In this document: positions 55,883 to 64,000 of the stretch, in pieces
How positions within the stretch are numbered: position 1 is the stretch's first letter
How the letters are laid out: each line of letters starts with the position of its first letter
Source: Histomonas meleagridis 2922-C6/04-290x
Taxonomy: Eukaryota > Protista > Parabasalia
Reading direction: 5' to 3'
Assembly: GCA_020184695.1 (NCBI GenBank)
Contig: JAANOX010000126.1
Location: 310,001 to 374,000 of the forward strand
DNA length: 64,000 nucleotides
Made by a program: the position numbers and the translations under genes
Notes under the pieces: generated by a model
What the model was told of the DNA's origin: nothing
The model's database searches: none
What the model saw: only the letters and a program-made list of their open reading frames with translations

Positions 55883-56305
55883 ATGAGTTTACCAAATCCA
55901 GTAGAACCATCAACAGTGAAAGGTGGTCCTGTAGTAGTTGAATATGAACCTACTCCGATTCCTCAAAAGCCTATAAAACCAAAACCTACACCAAAAAAAG
56001 CAGAGAAAAAAGAAGAATTATTAACTTCGAAAGAATTTGTTGATAAATATCGAAATGAAGTTGTGACAGCAAGTTGGGATCCTAAAGTAATTCGAAAGTG
56101 TGGTAATGGCGCTAAACAAATTTTGGAATCATTGGGTGCAAAAATTAAAAATCCAAATATTCCAATGAAAGAAATGAAGAGGCTTCGTGAAATTAGGAAG
56201 TATAAAGAAGAACTTGAAGGGAAACAATATATGGATGATCATCATAAAATAAAGTCCAAGTCCAAATCTTCAAACCATAAAGATAGAAAACAAAGAAGAA
56301 AATAA
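55883..56305 (+). CDS. Basic Lys/Pro-rich hypothetical protein
   Basis: 140-aa ORF with plausible codon usage and promoter motif; no domain recognised. Confidence 0.55.
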   Translation: MSLPNPVEPSTVKGGPVVVEYEPTPIPQKPIKPKPTPKKAEKKEELLTSKEFVDKYRNEVVTASWDPKVIRKCGNGAKQILESLGAKIKNPNIPMKEMKRLREIRKYKEELEGKQYMDDHHKIKSKSKSSNHKDRKQRRK

Positions 56306-56395
56306 AATATTAATAAAAGGATTATTTGATAATAATGAAATTATTTTAATTTATGCAAGTTCTTATTTGCAAGATTATAGTACGTTAATTTTTAA

Positions 56396-57259
56396 ATGAT
56401 AAAAAACCAATATAAACTCGGTAAAATACTAGGAGAAGGCGCTTATGGTCATGTTATACTTGGTGAACATGTTGATGATGGTCAAGAAGTCGCAATAAAA
56501 ATTATAAATAAGAAAAAATTAATATATGCAAAAAAAACAAAATCTCCTGAAAATGAGAAAGAAGCTCTTTTAAGAACTTCTCATCCATGTTTAGTATCTT
56601 TTTTGGATTCATATCAAGACAACTTATGCATTTATTTTGTTTTCGAATTATTACCTAATGGCTCATTAAAAGAATTTCTTGATAGCAAGCCTTCGGTCCT
56701 AGCAATAAGGCATGTATTTTCACAACTATTAATGGGAATTTCTCATATTCATCAAAATGGAATCATCCATAGAGATCTCAAACCCGAAAATATTTATTTT
56801 GATAAGAATTATATGCCAAAAATAATTGATTTTGGCTCATGTAAACTTTTTGACAGAGATGATACCCAAAAGAATGGATTTACACGTGGGAGTTTTGTTG
56901 GTTCTGTTGATTATATTTCACCCGAAGTACTTTCAGGTGATATTGTTACACCATCTGCAGATCTATGGGCCTTTGGTTGTATGTTATATTTAGCATTTAC
57001 AGGAAATGCACCATTTTATGCTGAAACTAAAATGCAAACATATCAAAATATCGAAAAATGTCATTATGAAATTGATAATAAAATTCCTAATGATGCTACT
57101 GACCTTATCGAAAGATTACTCGTTTTAGATGCTGCAAATAGAATTGGTTTTAATGAAGAAGGAACAAATTATCAAACAATTCGTTCTCATGCTTTCTTTA
57201 ACGGAATTAATTGGGAAAATGTTTTGATAACTCCTTACACAAAAAATTTGATCCAATAA
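56396..57259 (+). CDS. AGC-group Ser/Thr kinase, PDK1-like
   Basis: GEGAYG, VAIK, HRDLKPEN, DFG, SFVGSVDYISPEVL, SADLWAFGC, LIERLLVLD, HAFFNGINWEN. Confidence 0.88.
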   Translation: MIKNQYKLGKILGEGAYGHVILGEHVDDGQEVAIKIINKKKLIYAKKTKSPENEKEALLRTSHPCLVSFLDSYQDNLCIYFVFELLPNGSLKEFLDSKPSVLAIRHVFSQLLMGISHIHQNGIIHRDLKPENIYFDKNYMPKIIDFGSCKLFDRDDTQKNGFTRGSFVGSVDYISPEVLSGDIVTPSADLWAFGCMLYLAFTGNAPFYAETKMQTYQNIEKCHYEIDNKIPNDATDLIERLLVLDAANRIGFNEEGTNYQTIRSHAFFNGINWENVLITPYTKNLIQ

Positions 57260-57416
57260 AGCTGTTTTTTATATAAATCTGCTTTCCATACAGTCAATCT
57301 AGTGCATTCATAAAAAATTTAAAAAGTATTCAATTGGATTCGCTATGGTGTGCTGGTGCTTGCCGCATAGTTAATTCTTCTTGATTTTGCATGTTCATAA
57401 AAAATCGAAAAAAAAG

Positions 57417-57488
57417 AGGGGCAAGCCGGAATCGAACCGACTACCAGAGGATCTGCAATCCTATGCTCTACCGGTGAGCTATTGCCCC
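57417..57488 (-). tRNA. tRNA-Cys(GCA)
   Basis: GGGGCAA/TTGCCCC acceptor, U73 discriminator, TT-GCA-GA loop, GGTTCGATTCC, poly-T. Confidence 0.95.
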
Positions 57489-58060
57489 TTTCGGAATTTT
57501 TTAATTTATTTTGCCTACAAATAATTATTGTAATGTTTTTGGTCAAATGCAAAATGAAAAGATTCACATGTTATAATATTAAATCATAAACGATCAATTG
57601 ATCAAATCTTTTGGGGTGGATCTTTTTTGGTGCATGAAAAAAATGTTAGATAACAATTCGAACATTTGCAGTGTCATTATAAGACGATGTCAACCAAATA
57701 AACGGTCGTTTCAAATCAGAAAATCAATTGATTTCCACTGAACTAAATTTAAAAAATATAAAAAATATATTACAAATAATTTTAAAATTAAAAAGAAATC
57801 TATAAGAGGGAAAGTTGGTTGACAGTGTCTTTTCATTATCATCATTTATGAATAATGAATATTTTACGTAAAAATATGACTTATTAATGAGAATAATCAT
57901 TTTCCACAATTTTAATAAGGTAAAAAAGATAGTGAATTGAATCATTCATTACAAAAGTTTTATGAATTTTTTTTATAACATGTGAATCTTTTCATTTTGC
58001 ATTTGACCAAAAACATTACAATAATTATTTGTAGGCAAAATAAATTAAAAAATTCCGAAA

Positions 58061-58132
58061 GGGGCAATAGCTCACCGGTAGAGCATAGGATTGCAGATCC
58101 TCTGGTAGTCGGTTCGATTCCGGCTTGCCCCT
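58061..58132 (+). tRNA. tRNA-Cys(GCA)
   Basis: Identical 72-nt sequence. Confidence 0.95.
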
Positions 58133-58150
58133 CTTTTTTTTCGATTTTTT

Positions 58151-60300
58151 ATGAACATGCAAAATCAAGAAGAATTAACTATGCGGCAAGCACCAGCACA
58201 CCATAGCGAATCCAAGTGAATACTTTTTGGCGATTTCCAAAAAAACAAATTTCCAATATTTAGAAATTTCACGAGTAAAAATCTGGGTTTAGCACCGAAA
58301 CAACCACCTACTCATGACACAGATCAAACCCAGATTGCCCAATTTCAGTCAAATTCAACAAATTTAACAATCGATTCAAAGATCGTACATCGACCAGTTA
58401 TTCACATTTTTCATAACGATACTCTACCATTCAAAGAGCCATTTAATGGCCACATTAGTTTATATTTTCCATTTTTAAATATTACTCCAAAAAACACAAG
58501 CCAACAACCACCTATCGTTACATTCCCTCAACCGTTAGATTGTCCTTTTTGCAAGGCTTATACAAAACTGACTTCAAATATAGATCTATATTTATGTGAT
58601 GGTAAACGGGTGACTTTTTCTTCATTTATATTATCATTTTAATCCAGAGAATTCAGATCCACATGTGGCTTCTCTTCATTCTTCTGGTTGCTTCTTTGAA
58701 AGCTTTTTAAATTTTGTTATATCTAAGAATTCTCATCCTTGACTTTTTGAAATTGAAGAAATCCCTGTTACAGATAATACAATTATTCTTAAAAAAGGGG
58801 AATCATTATGATGATAAATTCCCTAATAACCCTCCTTGGATAATTATTACAGCAGATCATCAAATTGATGATCGATCGCCGATTCTTATGAGAGATGGCG
58901 GAACCATATGTTCGCCTGCACAAATTATGATTAACAATGGTTTAATTCAAAATGAGACTGAAGAATATAAAATTGTACCTTCTTCGCTAAATGATATTTT
59001 TCCAAGAATCAATGGAGAGAAACCAAATCAATTACCTTTTATTCTCTCTCAACTAAATAAGTATTCACCTCAACTCCAACATTTCTTGTTGATGATATTT
59101 AAAATTTTACATGTATTAAATATTAATATCCCACCAATAAGAGTTGAACAAAGAAATAAGAAACTAGAATGGCTTAGAGGTAGAATTATCAAAGAAGAAA
59201 AAGTATTTGAAGATACTAGATGTAAAAGACATACAAAATTAATACGTGAACACTAGAAAGAAGATGCAAGAAAATGTACACAATGGTTCATCAATGATAA
59301 TATTACTCCTGAATGTGAAATTGATGTGGATAAATTTAAAGATTATTTCTCTGGAGAATGGAAAGAAAATACCAATTATCAAGAGGACAATATTATCCTT
59401 AACCTAAATAAAGTTCTTCATGCAGAAGAAAATGAATTATTTAAAAACAAGCTTTTCGATGAAGACCAAATATTAAAAACTATTCACTTCAAATCAAATA
59501 TGTCTGCAACAGGCATCGATGGGATTTCAAATGCTATTTGGAAGATGAATCCAAAAATAACAATGAGATTAATTAAAGCTCTATTAAACTTAATGTTACA
59601 TTATGGGAAAATCCCAGACTCTTGAAGAAAATCCAGAACCATAATGTTATACAAAAAAGGAGATGTCAGTCAAGTTAAATCATGGAGACCCATTTCATTA
59701 ACCCCTACTTTATATAGAATTACAATGGGTCATATTGCAAACTCCATGCTCACACTAAACATGAATTCTCCTTATATTAATTCAAATCAAAAAGGGTTTA
59801 AAAAATCAATCAATGGAGCTTCAGAACATATCGCAATAATTAATTAATTGATTACTGATGCAAATAGAAATAACAAAGATATCAATATTTTAGCTTTAGA
59901 CTTCGCAAATGCATTTGGAACTATATCTCATAAACAAATAATTAACTCCTTGAAACAAATTGGTTTTCAACATACTTTCTGCAATCTAATTAAAAATCTA
60001 TATAAAGATTCGACTACATTTATTAAAATCTTTAATAAAAGTCAAGATATTAGAATCGAAAGAGGTGTTGAACAAGGTTGTCCTTTGTCTCCAATACTCT
60101 TCAATTTATGCATTGATCTTATGATAAATTTAATATCACAAAAACATAAAAATGATGGTTATATATTTAATTATGAAACGTTTCGTATACAAGCTTTTGC
60201 TGATGATATGATTTGAATATCTTATTCTGTTGACTCATTAAACAACATGATTGATTCTGTAAATGAATTTTGTAGTTGTACTGGAATGAAATTAAAGTCA
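58151..60300 (+). mobile_element. Decayed non-LTR retrotransposon (R2/NeSL-like), N-terminus plus RT, 3' end missing
   Basis: ATG at 58151 and a CPFC zinc-finger remnant near 58540. RT motifs SATGIDGIS, LYKKGD..WRPISL, NQKGF, LDFANAFGTISH, RGVEQGCPLSPILFN and QAFADD. Many in-frame stops (e.g. TGA at the conserved Trp, 59623). Confidence 0.9.
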
Positions 60301-60732
60301 TGAATAAAACTAGAACGAGGAAACTATGTATATAGATGAAGTTGGCTGCCATAGTTGGGCAGACAAAAAAGACAAAAGAGTTGTCGTTTCTCAAGATATT
60401 CCTCATAGATAAGTATTTTATTTAATAAAAAGAAGCAAAAAAAAAATGACTGTTTTTTCTACAATAACGATGGCAGGTGATACTCTTGTACTACTTATAA
60501 TTTCAGAAAGAAATACCCTAGATCAGTAATTAATAGAAAGTGGTTTATTGTTTATTTATTCTATGATGAGATAAATTTGTTTTTATTATCGAGTAGACCG
60601 TTTAGAGTGAGGTTGGGTTTGTTTAAAGTCAGTATATAATTTAGTAAATGAGACTCTGATTCTACTGGAATAATGACATTAAAAGTCATTAATGCTCCTC
60701 ATCTATCTGATATTAATAAACGATTATAACAC

Positions 60733-60779
60733 CAGATCATCAATTTGATGATCGATCGCCGATTCTTATGAGCGATGGC
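60733..60779 (+). repeat. 47-nt direct duplicate of retroelement segment 58853-58899
   Basis: CAGATCATCAA[A/T]TTGATGATCGATCGCCGATTCTTATGAG[A/C]GATGGC, 2 mismatches. Confidence 0.85.
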
Positions 60780-61548
60780 ATATGATTATGATATGCATGT
60801 CCTGAATGCAAAGATTTCTTATCTGGGGCACTCTTTGGTTATTCTCATCATATAATTCAATTGAAATATAGGAAAGAAGGAATTAAAAGACCAAATGCAA
60901 TTAAAGTTAAATTAACTTATATGCTCTTAAATGAAGATGATGATGAAAATTATGAGTTAATCTAAGAGTTATTGCATCCTTCATTTCAGAACGTAAAGAC
61001 TAATGTATATGATGTAATGGATAATATGTATAATATGTCTATCAAAGACATAACGCTATAATTACAATAGTAAGATTGTTTCAAGGTTAAATATGGAGTA
61101 GCATCATCAAACAGTCAAGTCTATTTATGACCTATTGGATAATTATCTCGAATGGAACATTTTGACTTGTATTATTTTTTGAATTTTTCTAATGGATGAA
61201 AAAATTGAATATATGGCAAGCTGATTATCGAACGGTTTTCGATTCAAAAATAAAATATATGGGGAATCGTTCTTGTCTTCAGTATAAAATAAATATATTG
61301 TATAATTTATTTAGGTAATCACAAGAACAGCTGTACATTAATGATTAACATTTTTTTTTATTCATGTACAATATATCCCTGATGTTTGAACAAAAATATA
61401 TATTATATATCTAATATTGTTCATTATTGATTTTGTTGTATGTAGTTATGCACGCGAAAATTAACGATTCAGAACAAATCAATAACTTTTAGCGAAACAA
61501 AATTTATGATATATATTATTCATAATATTGATGGAGAGAAAAAACGAA

Positions 61549-61620
61549 GGGGCAATAGCTCACCGGTAGAGCATAGGATTGCAGATCCTCTGGTAGTCGG
61601 TTCGATTCCGGCTTGCCCCT
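61549..61620 (+). tRNA. tRNA-Cys(GCA)
   Basis: Third identical copy, with different flanks. Confidence 0.95.
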
Positions 61621-61959
61621 GTTTTTTTATTTTTTTTTTATTATATCATTTGATTATTATTATTAAAAATATAAAAATTTTCTTCAAAGTATATACATAT
61701 GTTTCATCCAACAACAACCATTTAACTAAAATTTTATGTTTAAGGTATCAGTAACACAATTAAAAAATTAAAAATTCGAATTAAAAAATACTAAAATACA
61801 TTTAAACTGACATACCAATTTTTTGATAAAATTCTGAAGATATTCACTTTTTCAGAGTGCTAAAAATAACAGTCAGTTCATTGCTATATAATTTCAAAGC
61901 TCAAAGGGAAATGTTAGCAGTGAAACAGGAAAAATATCATTCTCACTAAGATTATGACT

Positions 61960-62632
61960 AGTGATGCGCAAAAATTTAATGTGCCTCTTATATTGATTCA
62001 TGATATGTTGCTGTCCCAAGTTTGTATAAGCAGTTATAACATATAAAGGTACTTCTTAAAACACAAAAATGTGTTTGTTGTATTATTTGGTGAATAATTT
62101 ATTTTACATCCATTTGTTGTTACTGATTTGATTAATTTATGTGTATAATTAATTGCTACGTAACAATAATTTTTTTTATTGTTACGAACAATTTTTTCAT
62201 TTTTGAATAATTCTTCAATCAATTCAATAAAATTAATTGAATAAGGATTGCCAGTTATTTCATTACTACCAAAATTAATAGAATTTTTCCTGATTGAATT
62301 ATTCTATTATTAATAACTGGTGTTATTTGTATATTACCATCACCATATCCAATATTTCTTCCTGTGGTAGGGCCATTTGCATGATGTGATAATAACCGTT
62401 GGCATGCGACACAAATTGACATTACTTAATTTTTTTCAATTGGATATAAAATGTCTAATGAATTTAAATCTTCATTAAATATATTATTTCCTTTATAAAT
62501 TTTGTTGTAATTTGAAATTGATCTCCCTATGATTGCTCGAATAACTGATGATGGTGTTGCATGTTCAACATAACCTGCTTTGCAAGAGAATCCACCATTA
62601 TCGATAACAGGGAAAAAAATCTCTTCAGACAT
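61960..62632 (-). pseudogene. Actin/actin-related pseudogene
   Basis: VIDNGGFSCKAGY...YPIE, then QRLLSHHANGPTTG.NIGYGDG (actin QAVLSLYASGRTTG..DSGDG) and EKIVRNNKKNYCYVA (actin EIVRDIKEKLCYVA). There is a large internal deletion, stops and frameshifts. Confidence 0.75.
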
Positions 62633-63205
62633 AAAATGAAGTAATATATTTAAACTAAATTTACCATGAGCAGTAATTTTAAAATTGGCAACGTTGATAT
62701 CAACTTTTTTTTTTTTATTATTATTTTTTTGGACTAACCATTAGGCATACTATGCCATAGTATAGAAAAAGTGGATAATTTGGATATACTTACAATAAAT
62801 TAATATTAATTAAATTTTGGATTAAATCTTTATTAAAGGTACTTTGATTTTAATATTTTGATATCTTGTTCTTGTTGTAATTTTAAGAACTGATCAAAAG
62901 TTACTTGATGATAATTTTTCATAGTAGCTAAAGTGTAGTGCATACTATTAAATAAGTTTGGATCAAAGGTTTGATTGATGAAATAAAATGTAAATCTACT
63001 TTGTTTTGTACTTTGAGATGGTTTCGTTCATAGTTTCTGAGCTGTTCTGGGGGGTTGGGGGTGTATTCTCGATACGCAATATGTAAAAGAATGAAAGTTT
63101 TGAGTTGAGACGCGAAACTGATACCTTTGTAATCAATTCCATATAGGCTTTCTAAATCTGCAATCCAGGGAAAAAAGAAATCGGTTTAAAAAAATGAAAA
63201 AAAAA

Positions 63206-63221
63206 TGCTCCCGCAGGGATT
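63206..63221 (-). pseudogene. Probable 3' remnant of a disrupted tRNA gene (positions 58-73)
   Basis: AATCCCTGCGGGAGCA parses as T-loop end AAT + T-stem CCCTG + acceptor strand CGGGAGC + discriminator A, immediately followed by T9. Confidence 0.55.
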
Positions 63222-64000
63222 GTTTATTCATCAAGAGTTACAATGGACTAAGTCTCATGATCTTTAAGCTTGTGATAAGCAAATACAACTAATGCTTAGA
63301 TTGTTTTATCCTTCCTAAAAAAAACGAATCCAAGCAATATTCGCGGCATTGCTTGAGATAAACCTGTGAAAAAATAAGTGTCAAACGGTTTTTTTGAAAA
63401 TGTACTTTTCAGTACATCTTCACATTAAACTGCGGGATTTTGTTGGATTAATTCAGGGTTTATGTTTAGATTTTCATTACTTCCAATAATTAGATTGTTT
63501 TCTTTATGTTTATGGTTTGACATATTCCAATATATTAAGGCTGATCCTCTGATAGCATTATGTGATAATGATCTTGCACATTTCTTTGTTTGCTTTGAAT
63601 CATTGTTTAATAGGGCTTTAATATTATTAAATATTTTCTTAGGTATAGCACCGAGAGCACTAATAATAATTGGATAAAACTTAATATTTAATTGAGTTTT
63701 ATCTATGAGATCATCACATAAAGTTTGGTATTTTTGAGTTTTGGTATTCATACAATAATATAAAGAAGATATTGTTTCATCATTTAACTTTTTTAAGTCA
63801 CCATAAGGAACACTTACTTCGATCATAGTTAATTGATTTCTAATATTATCCGGAAATTTAATCGTAGTGGATCTGTGAAATAATAGATGTTGATTAGTAA
63901 TTTTATCAAATGAATTAATGACTTCTTCAACGATATATATAGGGTCCAAAAAGTCCTGACCCCACCCCCTTTTCTCGACATCTACTTGATCCATAAAAAT
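63222..64000 (-). mobile_element. 3' end of an REL-endonuclease non-LTR retrotransposon (R2/NeSL/Utopia type) with 3' UTR
   Basis: PD...IEVSVPY, KTQKYQTL, YPIIISALGAIP and IRGSALI motifs. The ORF runs off the window end. The ~200-nt 3' UTR has hairpins (63331-63355, ~63400-63417) and AATAAA just before the junction. Confidence 0.8.

Larger units (their letters stand above)
57321..58228. repeat. 256-bp inverted repeat (arms 57321-57576 and 57973-58228) with 396-bp spacer
   Basis: The arms are reverse complements; I saw one mismatch (AAT vs AAG near the outer end). Each arm holds a tRNA-Cys. Confidence 0.92.

Noticed and set aside
57592-57603. 12-bp palindrome GATCAATTGATC in the inverted-repeat spacer
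   Set aside because: Single occurrence, not centred in the spacer, and plausible by chance.
2539-62222. Numerous short ORFs in the track overlapping real genes on the opposite strand or in other frames (e.g. 3442-3795, 41989-42348, 44260-44616, 57343-57567, 57982-58206, 61506-61754)
   Set aside because: Shadow ORFs of genuine CDS or tRNA genes, mostly with non-ATG starts and no domain signal.
63157-63167. 11-nt match to the tRNA-Cys anticodon arm (ATCTGCAATCC)
   Set aside because: Too short, and the flanks do not fold as a tRNA.

Overview
AT-rich, gene-dense, essentially intron-less eukaryotic DNA read with the standard code. The promoter motifs (Inr TCAYT, AAAGTGAC, RCCGTT, CCTTT) and the DUF3447-type ankyrin genes point to a parabasalid protist (Trichomonas/Tritrichomonas-like; inference). 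About 24 ordinary genes are present: RRM protein, cyclophilin, Vps60, ATG16-like, importin-beta/HEAT/ARM proteins, two kinases, CYFIP, Rab, C2 protein, Pin1-like, HAD, kelch, P4-ATPase, RPL10, MyTH4-RhoGAP, CHD-like, SPEF1/SPATA4-like and a Qb-SNARE. There are also tRNA-Lys(CTT), three identical tRNA-Cys(GCA), two pieces of REL-type non-LTR retrotransposon, an actin pseudogene and an inverted pair of a ~1.6 kb dispersed repeat. The most striking feature is two ankyrin genes (23020-25216 minus, 29887-~32765 plus) plus a relic at ~8.4 kb. In these, every ankyrin repeat is interrupted at the same codon by a 51-85 nt (mostly 68 nt) AT-rich insert. The inserts occur in all three phases, often carry stops and lack GT-AG ends, yet they have a conserved CAAAATAATAT motif at a near-fixed distance (36 nt in most units) from the downstream Thr codon. 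The well-conserved coding cassettes are stop-free and vary mainly at ankyrin ligand-binding positions. This looks like a non-canonical intron or cassette system. Second, the REL retrotransposon 3' end joins directly to what looks like the last 16 nt of a tRNA gene, suggesting insertion into a tRNA T-loop.
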